64,000 nucleotides of DNA from Myxococcota bacterium (GTDB lineage Bacteria > Myxococcota_A > UBA796 > SXON01): positions 188,800-252,799 of the forward strand of contig JAZKFH010000015.1 in the NCBI GenBank assembly GCA_040386535.1, written 5' to 3'. How positions within the stretch are numbered: the stretch's first letter is position 1; each line of letters starts with the position of its first letter. Under the pieces are notes generated by a model. The model ran no database searches. It worked only from the letters and a program-made list of their open reading frames with translations, and had not been told where the DNA came from. This document shows, piece after piece, positions 27,395-36,071 of the stretch. The translations under genes were made by a program, and so were the position numbers.

Positions 27395-28006
27395 CTACCC
27401 CGCGACCCACTTGAAGTACGCCAGGTCCCACTTCTCGGCGTAGCCCGTGGTGATCATCCACGCGGGCCCCTGCTCGTTCGCCAACCAGTAGTCGCCGGCG
27501 AACAGCGGGCCCGTCATCGGATCGCCGTCTCCGTCATCGATGGAGAGGTGGGCGCAGCCCTCGAAGTCCTCGCCCCAGGAGACCGGGCAGTCCTCGAAGC
27601 CCACGAACGTGGACGTGAAGCTGACGCCGCCGGCCGGCGTGTCCAGCGTGTCACCGCTGATCATCGCGTCGTCCGCGACCTGCACGGGTTCGTCGAACAC
27701 GACGAACGCGCCGTCGGGCCCTGACCAGGCGTGGATGGCGATGCCCTCCGCGGACGATGACGACCACTTCACGGCCCCGAGCAGCTCACCGGTGTCGTCC
27801 CGGCTCCACTCGAAGGTCACGAGCTCGGCGCCGTCGATCGTCTCGGTGGGCTCGAGCTTCTCGACGATGAGGGTCCAGGGAATGTCCCCCGCGGCCGCGT
27901 TGACGTACTCGGCGCGGCGCTCGCCGTCGGTGGGGAAGAAAGAGGCGAGGTTGGTGCCTCGCATCAGGGTGTCGCCCGTGCACCCGACGACCAGGAGGAG
28001 GAGCAT
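27395..28006 (-). CDS. Hypothetical lipoprotein
   Basis: MLLLLVVGC lipobox; starts 2 nt after the upstream stop. Confidence 0.7.
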   Translation of the reverse strand: MLLLLVVGCTGDTLMRGTNLASFFPTDGERRAEYVNAAAGDIPWTLIVEKLEPTETIDGAELVTFEWSRDDTGELLGAVKWSSSSAEGIAIHAWSGPDGAFVVFDEPVQVADDAMISGDTLDTPAGGVSFTSTFVGFEDCPVSWGEDFEGCAHLSIDDGDGDPMTGPLFAGDYWLANEQGPAWMITTGYAEKWDLAYFKWVAG

Positions 28007-28008
28007 GA

Positions 28009-29865
28009 TCAGTTGGTCGGCGTGACGACGGTGACGGTGTAGGTGTGCAGCAGGGTCTCGTCGTCCCCGATGAGGAAGAACGTGAGCTGGTTGGCCTGCG
28101 GATAGTCCTGCGCGGGCAACACGCCGTCGAGCGTGACGGTGAAGGTGACCTCCTCGCCGCTCTGCACGTCGTAGAACGCCTCGGGCGCGATGCCGCTGAC
28201 GAAGCCGAGCGAGTCGTCCGAGGCGACCAGCGAGATCTTCTCGTAGTTCATGGCCGCGATGAGCTGGGTGACCGTCGCCACGACGTTTTCGCGGAACTGC
28301 GCGCTGGTGCCCGACCACGTGATGACCGCGGGCTCGTCCACACCGTCGCCGTTCAGGTCGGCGTAGGACTCGGTCGCGTGCGCGAGCGACTCCATCTGGC
28401 CGAAGGCGGTCTCGTAGGTGAGCACGTTCACGCCGATACCGACGAGCTTGGCGTTGATCGCGTTCGCGGCGTTCACCACGTCGGTCTGGCCGGCGGTGTG
28501 GCAAGCCGAGCGAGGCGTGGAGTACTCGCCGCTGTCCGCGTCCCGCAGGGGGGCGTCGGTCGCGTAGATGATGATCGGGAGCATGTTCTCGCGGAACCCG
28601 AACCCGCCGATGGTGCCGCCGCCCACCGTGGACGTGTCGATGGCCTCGCCGCCAGCGCCGCCGAACAGATCGGTGGCAGCGGCCTCGAAGGGGGGCACGT
28701 CGGTCAACGGGTCGAGCAGGCCGTCACAGTCGTGATCGAAGCCCACGCCGGTGAGCCCCTGGTAGAGAGCCTCCATCGTGCTCTCCGGGGTGTCGTCCCC
28801 ATAGTGGATCTCCACTTCGTTCTCGAGCGCGGACTGCACGACCGAGGGGACTTCGGTCTGCTGCTGCCGGAGGATGAACGGGAGGTCGGTGCCCTCGCCA
28901 CCGTACGGCGACTCCGCGTAGTCGTCATACGTGGCGACGCCGTAGGTGGCGTCGGAGAAGATGAAGTCGAGGTCGGTGACGATGTTGCTGAACTCGGTCG
29001 CCATCGCGAGGGCGAGGCCGGACATCGAGCTGGTCGTGTCGAGCGCGAAGGCGATGTCGGCGAGCCCGGCCTCGACGGTGAAGGCGAGGTCGACCGCGAC
29101 GCGCTCCCCCTCCGGGACCTCGATCTCGATGCAGTCTCCGACGACGCCCCATCCGGACTGCGTGGCGACCTTGGCCCCGGAGGGGTCGTTGCTGCTGACC
29201 CACACCTGGTTGGTCTGCAGGCCGGCGCTGGTGGCCTCGTAGAGGAGCTGGAGCGGGAGGCGGTCGCCCGGGGCGATCTCGACGGGCATGTTCGGGAGCG
29301 CCGGGAGGGAGTAGCCGCCGGCCTCGCTCATCGGCACGATGCTGTCGATGACGAGCGTGTCGCTGCCGATGTTGGAGAGCATCAGCGTCTTGCCGGTGAG
29401 GCAGCCGAAGGGAACCGCGCCGAACTCGTAGGGGTCCGGCTCAATGGCGAGGATGGGGAGCAGCCAGCTGCCTCCCAGGGTCACCTGGTCCTCGGGGTTC
29501 GACGCATCGTCCCCGAAGATCCGCACCGTCGCCGCGTCGGTCAGGTTGGTGGGCTCGTACATCACGTCGACCGTGAGCGACCCGCCGGGCTCGATGTCGC
29601 CCGTGGCCGTGGTCAGGAGCGTGAAGCCGGCCGCGCCCTCGATCCGCACCTCGGTGATCTCGAGGGGGATGCCGCCCTCGTTCCGGATCTCGAAGCTCTG
29701 AACGGTCGATTCACCCGTGCCGAGCCCGCCGAAGTCGAGGAAGCCCGGATCGACGACCATCACCGGGATGTCGTCGTAGCGGCCGCGCTCGGTGTTGACC
29801 TCGTTGTCGACCTTGCAGGCTACGAGGGCGAGAACGGAGACCAACGAGAGGCCGGCGCGTGACAT
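28009..29865 (-). CDS. Lipoprotein with two Ig-like (choice-of-anchor D type) domains and a vWA domain
   Basis: LVAC lipobox, LDFG...IRNEG and YEFG...LSNIG...SSNDP, MIDAS-like DIAFALDTTSSM, TDAP. Confidence 0.82.
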   Translation of the reverse strand: MSRAGLSLVSVLALVACKVDNEVNTERGRYDDIPVMVVDPGFLDFGGLGTGESTVQSFEIRNEGGIPLEITEVRIEGAAGFTLLTTATGDIEPGGSLTVDVMYEPTNLTDAATVRIFGDDASNPEDQVTLGGSWLLPILAIEPDPYEFGAVPFGCLTGKTLMLSNIGSDTLVIDSIVPMSEAGGYSLPALPNMPVEIAPGDRLPLQLLYEATSAGLQTNQVWVSSNDPSGAKVATQSGWGVVGDCIEIEVPEGERVAVDLAFTVEAGLADIAFALDTTSSMSGLALAMATEFSNIVTDLDFIFSDATYGVATYDDYAESPYGGEGTDLPFILRQQQTEVPSVVQSALENEVEIHYGDDTPESTMEALYQGLTGVGFDHDCDGLLDPLTDVPPFEAAATDLFGGAGGEAIDTSTVGGGTIGGFGFRENMLPIIIYATDAPLRDADSGEYSTPRSACHTAGQTDVVNAANAINAKLVGIGVNVLTYETAFGQMESLAHATESYADLNGDGVDEPAVITWSGTSAQFRENVVATVTQLIAAMNYEKISLVASDDSLGFVSGIAPEAFYDVQSGEEVTFTVTLDGVLPAQDYPQANQLTFFLIGDDETLLHTYTVTVVTPTN

Positions 29866-30039
29866 AGGACCTCGAACGAGCGGTGGCGTATGCGGTAACT
29901 CATAGAGGGTAGGCTCGGGGGTGGGCCGGTGTCCACCCCTCATTCCAAGGAATGAATCCGCCGAACCCGTGAGACGGCCGAGATTGCGGCAAGCCAGAAC
30001 ACGCGCCTGCGGAATACAGGGTTCCCCTTCGGAGGTGGA

Positions 30040-30735
30040 ATGGACAAGGTGTTCGTGTCGGCGGCCCACGCCGTCGCCGACATCCCGCACGGCGCCACGC
30101 TCATGGCGGGCGGGTTCGGGCTCTGTGGCATCCCCGAGAACCTGATCCTGGCCCTGCGCGACCGCGGCGTCGGCGGGCTCACGGTCGTCTCCAACAACTG
30201 CGGTGTCGACGACTTCGGGCTCGGCATCCTCCTGCAGACACGCCAGATCAAGAAGATGATCTCGAGCTACGTCGGGGAGAACAAGGAGTTCGAGCGGCAG
30301 TACCTCTCGGGCGAGCTCGAGGTCGAGCTTTGTCCGCAGGGCACCCTCGCCGAGCGCATCCGGGCCGGGGGCGCGGGGATCCCCGCCTTCTTCACGGCCA
30401 CCGGCTACGGCACGCTCGCCGCGGAAGGAAAGGACACGCGCTGGTTCGACGGGCGGCCCTACGTGATGGAGCGCGCGCTCCTCGCCGACTTCGCCATCGT
30501 CAAGGCGCAGCGCGCCGACCGGCTCGGCAACCTCGTGTTCGACAAGACGGCGCGCAACTTCAACGCGATGATGGCGACCGCCGCGCGGGTGACGATCGCG
30601 GAGGTCGAGGAGCTCGTCGAGCCCGGCGCCATCGATCCGGACGCGGTCCACGTGCCCGGCATCTACGTGCAGCGCGTGATCGTCGGGGAACGCTACGAGA
30701 AGCGGATCGAGCGCCGCACCACCCGGGAGGCTTGA
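30040..30735 (+). CDS. scoA: 3-oxoacid CoA-transferase subunit A
   Basis: [37 protein letters not shown]. Confidence 0.93.
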   Translation: MDKVFVSAAHAVADIPHGATLMAGGFGLCGIPENLILALRDRGVGGLTVVSNNCGVDDFGLGILLQTRQIKKMISSYVGENKEFERQYLSGELEVELCPQGTLAERIRAGGAGIPAFFTATGYGTLAAEGKDTRWFDGRPYVMERALLADFAIVKAQRADRLGNLVFDKTARNFNAMMATAARVTIAEVEELVEPGAIDPDAVHVPGIYVQRVIVGERYEKRIERRTTREA

Positions 30736-30738
30736 GCC

Positions 30739-31389
30739 ATGCCGTTGTCACGTGACGCCATCGTCAAGCGGGCCGCCCGCGAGCTTCGGGACGGCTTCTA
30801 CGTCAACCTCGGCATCGGCATCCCGACGCTCGTGGCGAACCACATCCCCGCGGGCATGGACATCGTGCTGCACAGCGAGAACGGCCTGCTCGGCATGGGC
30901 CCGTTCCCCACCGACGCGGAGGTCGATCCCGACCTCATCAACGCCGGCAAGCAGACGGTGACCGCGCTCCCCGGCGCCAGCTACTTCTCGAGCGCGGACA
31001 GCTTCGCGATGATCCGCGGCGGCCACATCGATCTGACCATCCTCGGGGCCATGCAGGTGAGCGCCACGGGCGACCTGGCGAACTGGATGATCCCGGGCAA
31101 GATGGTCAAGGGCATGGGCGGCGCGATGGACCTCGTCAGCGGCGCCAAGCGCGTCGTGGTGACGATGGAGCACGTGGCCAAGGGGGAGCCGAAGCTGCTC
31201 GAACAGTGCACGTTGCCGCTCACCGGCCTGCGCTGCGTGCACCTGCTCATCACCGACTACGGCGTGTTCTCGTTCGAGGGGGGCCTGGTGCTCCGCGAGA
31301 TCGCGGAGGACCTGACGGTCGACCAGGTGCGCGCCGCCACTGGCGCCCGTTTCCGCGTCGCGGACGACCTGGTGCGCCTCCCGCTCTGA
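30739..31389 (+). CDS. scoB: 3-oxoacid CoA-transferase subunit B
   Basis: [33 protein letters not shown]. Confidence 0.93.
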   Translation: MPLSRDAIVKRAARELRDGFYVNLGIGIPTLVANHIPAGMDIVLHSENGLLGMGPFPTDAEVDPDLINAGKQTVTALPGASYFSSADSFAMIRGGHIDLTILGAMQVSATGDLANWMIPGKMVKGMGGAMDLVSGAKRVVVTMEHVAKGEPKLLEQCTLPLTGLRCVHLLITDYGVFSFEGGLVLREIAEDLTVDQVRAATGARFRVADDLVRLPL

Positions 31390-31427
31390 CGGGACCGGTG
31401 AAGGGGCGCGGTGTTCCACGAGCCCAG

Positions 31428-31470
31428 AACGAGAGAAGCCCCGCCGAGTGATCGGCGGGGCTTCTTCGTT
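31428..31470. terminator. Bidirectional intrinsic terminator between convergent scoB and rplC
   Basis: Perfect 14-bp stem AGAAGCCCCGCCGA-gtga-TCGGCGGGGCTTCT (31434-31465) with T-containing tails on both strands. Confidence 0.8.
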
Positions 31471-31498
31471 GGGCGCCCGTTTGGAACGGGCGACGAGC

Positions 31499-32173
31499 CT
31501 ACTTGCGCTTGCGGGGGGTCTTGCCCTTCACCGCCTGGCGGAGGACCATGTACGAGCCGTCGGGCCCGGGGACGCCGCCGCGCACGAAGACGAGGTTGCG
31601 CTCCTCGTCGATGCGGACGACGACCAGGTTCTGCACGGTGGTCTTGCAGCCGCCCATGCGACCCGGCATCTTGACGCCCTTGAACGTCATACCGGGGGTG
31701 AGGCGCGTGCCGATCGAGCCGCCGTGCCGGTAGTACTCGTGCACACCGTGGCTGCGCTTGAAGCCGGAGAAGTTGTGGCGCTTGAAGACGCCGGCGAAGC
31801 CGCGGCCCTTCGAGTTACCGGTCACGTCGACCTTCTGCTTGACCGCGAACAGCGCGCTGATGCTGATCTGGGAGCCGGCGGTGTGCGTCGCGGCGACGGC
31901 GTCGCTCACGCGGATCTCGCGGACGATGCGGAAGGGGCGAGCGCCGACCTTCGCGACATGGCCGATCTCGGCCTTGGTGACGCGGGACTCCTTGCGGGAC
32001 CCGTAGCCGAGCTGGAGGGCGGCGTAGCCGTCCTTCGAGGCCGAGGACTTGACCTGGATCACGGTGTTCGGCTGGACTTCCAGCACGGTGACCGCGGAGA
32101 CGATGCCGGCATCGTCGAAGATCTGGGTCATGCCCAGCTTGCGGCCGAGGAGGCCAATCTGTTCGTTCGCCAT
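31499..32173 (-). CDS. rplC: 50S ribosomal protein L3, stand-alone
   Basis: GLLGRKLGMTQIF, DGYAALQLG, VDVTGNSKGRGFAGVFKRH, KMPGRMG, VRGGVPG. Confidence 0.97.
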   Translation of the reverse strand: MANEQIGLLGRKLGMTQIFDDAGIVSAVTVLEVQPNTVIQVKSSASKDGYAALQLGYGSRKESRVTKAEIGHVAKVGARPFRIVREIRVSDAVAATHTAGSQISISALFAVKQKVDVTGNSKGRGFAGVFKRHNFSGFKRSHGVHEYYRHGGSIGTRLTPGMTFKGVKMPGRMGGCKTTVQNLVVVRIDEERNLVFVRGGVPGPDGSYMVLRQAVKGKTPRKRK

Positions 32174-32323
32174 GAGATACCTCGCATAGGACGGACGCCG
32201 GAAGCGGCGGACGTCGTACGTTCGTGAAGCCCGCCCGGAACCACTCCGGAGTGGGCCCCCGCGTCTAACGTGGCGAGAGGGCGACAGCAAGGCGGGACGG
32301 TGCGGATCGGCGGCCAGGGCTCG

Positions 32324-33481
32324 CTATCCGGACAGGCCGGCGCCCGAGAGCTCGATGACCCAGTCGTTCTGGCTCGGGTCGTTCGAGAGGATGTGCACCA
32401 CGTTGGCGTCGAGCCCCGCCTGTGCGACCTCGAGACAGCTCTCGGTGGCGCTGTAGGAGATCGTGAACGAGGCGGTCGCGTAGGGCGCGAGCGTGGTCGC
32501 CGACCGCCAGCCGCCGATGCTGAAGCTGCCGCACGTGGCGATGAAGTCGTTGTTGGCCACGACGCTGCTCACCGTGAGATCCTCATCGCCGAGGTTCTGG
32601 ATGGTGATGGTGCGCGTGTCGGTGCTGCCGAAGAGCGAGAAGAAGTCGGTGATCGCGTAGGGGTCGGCGCCGGTGTCGACGTCGATGAGCGGGCTGCAGA
32701 TGTCGCAGAGGTCGACGCCCTCGCCCTCGACGGCGATCTCGAGGTTCGGGGTGTCCGCGTCGTCCGAGCGCAGCGTGACGGTGCCGGTGAAGGTGGTCTC
32801 GGCGCCGGGCGTGAACGACACCTCGAGCAGCCGGTTGGAGCCCGGGGAGAGCACCTGCGGCGGGTTCAGCGTGCCGCCCGTGGTCCACACACCGGCGCTG
32901 GTCACCACGTCGCTGATGAGCAGATCGTCGTCCCCCGTGTTGCTCACGGTGAACGTGGTGGTGGTCGTGTCGTCGATGTCGACGCGGCCGAAGTCGTAGC
33001 GGGCGGGCGTGACGCTGATGTTCGGGCCGGGGCCGGTGGGTTCATCCGTGTCGGTATCGGTGTCCGTGTCCGTATCGACGTCGTCCCCACCGATGCCGGA
33101 GAGGGGGATGTCCAGGGTGTCGCCCCCGTCGACGATGATGGAGAGCACCCCATCGTAGGGGCCCTCGGTGCGCGGCGCGAAGGTCAGGGTGGCGATGGAG
33201 TCGGTCTCGACCCGCACGAACGCCGCGGAGATCTCGAACGCGTCCCCCGCGAGGCTCAGCTCGACGGGGAGGGGGGTGGTCCCCGTGTTCGTCAGCACGA
33301 GCTCGCGGTCGAGCGTCTCGCCGACGGCCACCGCGCCAAAATCGATGGCGGTGGCGTCGATCTCGAGCCCGCCGACCGTGGACGTTCCGCCTCCGCTGTC
33401 ATCCGCGGCGGCGTCCGTGCTCTGGCCGGGGAGGACATCGAGGCCGACACACGCGACGAGCAGGAGCAGGGAGGCGGTCAT
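32324..33481 (-). CDS. Lipoprotein with about three Ig-like (choice-of-anchor D type) domains and an Asp-Thr linker
   Basis: LLVAC lipobox, IDFGAV...LTNTG, YDFG...VSNTG, SNDP, DTDTDTDTD. Confidence 0.8.
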   Translation of the reverse strand: MTASLLLLVACVGLDVLPGQSTDAAADDSGGGTSTVGGLEIDATAIDFGAVAVGETLDRELVLTNTGTTPLPVELSLAGDAFEISAAFVRVETDSIATLTFAPRTEGPYDGVLSIIVDGGDTLDIPLSGIGGDDVDTDTDTDTDTDEPTGPGPNISVTPARYDFGRVDIDDTTTTTFTVSNTGDDDLLISDVVTSAGVWTTGGTLNPPQVLSPGSNRLLEVSFTPGAETTFTGTVTLRSDDADTPNLEIAVEGEGVDLCDICSPLIDVDTGADPYAITDFFSLFGSTDTRTITIQNLGDEDLTVSSVVANNDFIATCGSFSIGGWRSATTLAPYATASFTISYSATESCLEVAQAGLDANVVHILSNDPSQNDWVIELSGAGLSG

Positions 33482-33517
33482 GAAAGGCTCCTCGCGTCTC
33501 GGTGCGCGCGTGTCGTC

Positions 33518-34264
33518 TTAGAAGGTGTACTTGAGCGACCCCGTTCCGTTCAGCCCGAGGTCCCAACCGATACCGTACACGATGTCGACGTCCACGCCGA
33601 TCGAGAAGTGGGACAACTTCGTGTAGTACTCGAAGGTGGGCCCCGCGAAGACGATGGGCTTCGGGCTGTTGTGCAGCCCGGGGTCGCCTTGGAAGTCGCC
33701 GAGCACCTCGTCCGCGTAGGCGGCGGGCTCGATGAGGAGCGGGCTGTAGAGAACGCCGGCGCCGACGCGGGCGCCGATGCCGAAGCGGCGCACCGGGTAG
33801 AACGAGATCTCGTAGTTCGCCTGCACCGTGTAGGTGCGCAGGTCGCCTTCGGTGCAGGGCTCGGAGCCCGTGCCCAGGGTCTGGCAGCCGTACGTCGCCT
33901 GCTCGTACCAGGCCGTGCCGTTGTGCACGCCCTGGCCGATCGCGACCTCCCACGCCATCGACTGCTTCTCCGTGTCGACGAAGTCCTGGCCGACGGCCAG
34001 CGTCACGTTCGTGCCCGCGTCGACCGAGCGGGAGAAGTTGAGCAGGTAGGCGCTGACGCCCGCGGAGGCCTTGCCGTAGAAGCCGCGGTTGATCTCGCGG
34101 ATCGTGCCTGCGTCGTCCTGCGCGGCCTTGGCGGCGCGGCTCAGCTTCTTCTCCTTGGTGCTGCTTTCGTCGAGGAAGTCGCCTTCATCCTCGTCCTGCG
34201 CGAACGCGGAGGAGATGATCAGCGGCGAGGAGAGCAGGGAGGCGGAAAGCGCCAAGACCATCAT
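33518..34264 (-). CDS. gltH: Outer-membrane beta-barrel protein, GltH/CglE (NfsH)-like
   Basis: Signal AFA-Q, IREINRGFY motif, amphipathic strands, terminal LKYTF; located after gltG. Confidence 0.7.
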   Translation of the reverse strand: MMVLALSASLLSSPLIISSAFAQDEDEGDFLDESSTKEKKLSRAAKAAQDDAGTIREINRGFYGKASAGVSAYLLNFSRSVDAGTNVTLAVGQDFVDTEKQSMAWEVAIGQGVHNGTAWYEQATYGCQTLGTGSEPCTEGDLRTYTVQANYEISFYPVRRFGIGARVGAGVLYSPLLIEPAAYADEVLGDFQGDPGLHNSPKPIVFAGPTFEYYTKLSHFSIGVDVDIVYGIGWDLGLNGTGSLKYTF

Positions 34265-34310
34265 CAACGACTCCGGCAGAGAGGGCCACCACAGTAGCAC
34301 GAGGCACACC

Positions 34311-34347
34311 AAAACGGAAAGCGGGCCCGGTGAGAACCGGGCCCGCT
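34311..34347 (-). terminator. Intrinsic terminator after the second gltG
   Basis: Stem AGCGGGCCCGGT/ACCGGGCCCGCT followed on the minus strand by TTCCGTTTT. Confidence 0.75.
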
Positions 34348-34354
34348 GGGTGCG

Positions 34355-35797
34355 CTAGCCGGGGGAGAACAGGAAGGGGTACGACACGATCACGAGGCCG
34401 GCGTTCTTCGGCGCGGGGAACCCGAAGCGGAGGAAGCGCCCGTTGATGCACGACTCCACCGCCGGGTTGCCGAGGGTCGAGCTCTTGGTCACGGCCGAAG
34501 ACACGGTGCCATCACCGGCGATGGTGAATTTCACGGTGACCTTGCCGCCGAGCGCCGGGTTCTTGGTGAGCTCGCGCTGGTAGCAGTAGCGGATCTGGCT
34601 CATCCCGCGCTTCACCACCTCGTCGATCTGCGAGCGGTCGAGGCTCCCCATCACGATGGTGGTGTCCGGGGTGGAGATTCGTCCCTCGGACTTCCCGATG
34701 TCCCCCGTCGGCGCCAACCCGTGCCCGCCGGGCTTCCCGCGGCCGATGGGCCCGATGCCACCCATGGACTCCGCGGTCCCGTTCCCACCGAAGCCGATGC
34801 CGCGTTGCCCGAGGCCGTTGTTCCCGAGCTGGGTGGCGCGGGGCCCGATCATCGCGTCGATCCCCGTGGACACGTCGCCGGGGAGCCCGGCGTCACTGAG
34901 CATGGAGTCGAGCTCGGCGTTGTTCTCGAGCGCGGCGAGGAGCCCGGCGGTGCGCGCCGCGGTCTCGTCGCGGTCCTTCTTGGAGAGCGGGTCGCGGTCC
35001 TTCGCCGCCTGCGAGTCGGGCCGCCCGCGCGCGCCCTCGGGGCCCTTGGGAGCCGCCTTCGGCGCGACCTCTTGCGCCACCTGGACGGGCGGGGGCGTCT
35101 CCTTCTGCTCGAGCAGGATCTGCACGAGCCGGTCGGTGTCGGTCATGGAGGATGCGCGGGAGGTGCTCGGGAGCACCGAGAGCGCCACCCCGAGCATCAT
35201 GGCGGCAAAACCGATGAAGCCGGAGATGCCGAGGAGCGGGTAGTCGATGCCGTCGCCCCCGTAGATGGGGACGCGCTTGCTCGGGTGGACCGGGCGCGCC
35301 ACGAAGGTGGTGCCGCCCACGATCACGACGGCGCGGTCCTCCGGGCCCATGGGGAGGCGCACGAGGCCGTCCACGCCGGGGGTGACGAGGGCCGCCAGCG
35401 CGGGGAGGGAGCGGCGCCCGGCGGGGCCCTCCACGAACCCGTCCCAATCCGGCTGCACGACACACACCCAGCCGCGCCCCTCGGCCTCGAACAGCGGATG
35501 GGTGGCGGCCGCGAGCAGCGCGGTGGGGACGAAGAAGTCCTCCTGCATGTGGGTGCCACGCAGGGTGCGGACGAGGGTGGCGCCCACCTTCACCGCGCGG
35601 CCGGGCGCGAAGTGCTTGAGATCGACCACCGCGTCGCCGAACACCTGGGCCACCTCGAGCACCTTCTCCTTGCCACGATCGGCGGAGGGGTCGGCGCTGT
35701 CCGTGCCACCCAGGAGCATGTCGAGGACGTGGGTAGCCAGGGTGTCGTCCACGGGGCCGTGGCCGGCGGCGTCGGTTTGGAAGGTGGCGTCAGACAT
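34355..35797 (-). CDS. GltG/PglI-like paralog lacking the FHA domain
   Basis: LEVAQVFGDAV, IDYP.LGI TM segment, Gly-rich linker, SQIRYCYQRELTKNP.LGGK; GGAG RBS before ATG 35797. Confidence 0.85.
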   Translation of the reverse strand: MSDATFQTDAAGHGPVDDTLATHVLDMLLGGTDSADPSADRGKEKVLEVAQVFGDAVVDLKHFAPGRAVKVGATLVRTLRGTHMQEDFFVPTALLAAATHPLFEAEGRGWVCVVQPDWDGFVEGPAGRRSLPALAALVTPGVDGLVRLPMGPEDRAVVIVGGTTFVARPVHPSKRVPIYGGDGIDYPLLGISGFIGFAAMMLGVALSVLPSTSRASSMTDTDRLVQILLEQKETPPPVQVAQEVAPKAAPKGPEGARGRPDSQAAKDRDPLSKKDRDETAARTAGLLAALENNAELDSMLSDAGLPGDVSTGIDAMIGPRATQLGNNGLGQRGIGFGGNGTAESMGGIGPIGRGKPGGHGLAPTGDIGKSEGRISTPDTTIVMGSLDRSQIDEVVKRGMSQIRYCYQRELTKNPALGGKVTVKFTIAGDGTVSSAVTKSSTLGNPAVESCINGRFLRFGFPAPKNAGLVIVSYPFLFSPG

Positions 35798-36006
35798 GAG
35801 GACTCCAATCACCAGGGTGGTGACAGCGGCGTGGCTCCCGCAACATTTGCGAGAAGGGATTGTGGGAAGGAGACTCTTCGTCTCTCCCTGTACTGACAGC
35901 GCCCGTGGCCGCGGGTTCGTCTAGGACTCGCAATCCAAACGTCTAGGGGTTGTCAGGTCCAGCCTCGTTTGGGTGCACCACAACTTGGGACCCCGGAAAC
36001 CTGTCG

Positions 36007-36037
36007 CAAAAACGACGAACGGCGCCCGAAGGCGCCG
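36007..36037 (-). terminator. Intrinsic terminator after gltG
   Basis: Minus strand CGGCGCC-TTCG-GGCGCCG (UUCG tetraloop) followed by TTCGTCGTTTTT. Confidence 0.7.
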
Positions 36038-36071
36038 CTCGATTGAACCTGACCGCCGTGAGGCGGGCTCG

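Noticed and set aside
33045..33080. Short 6-bp-period repeat
   Set aside because: It encodes an ordinary Asp-Thr low-complexity linker.
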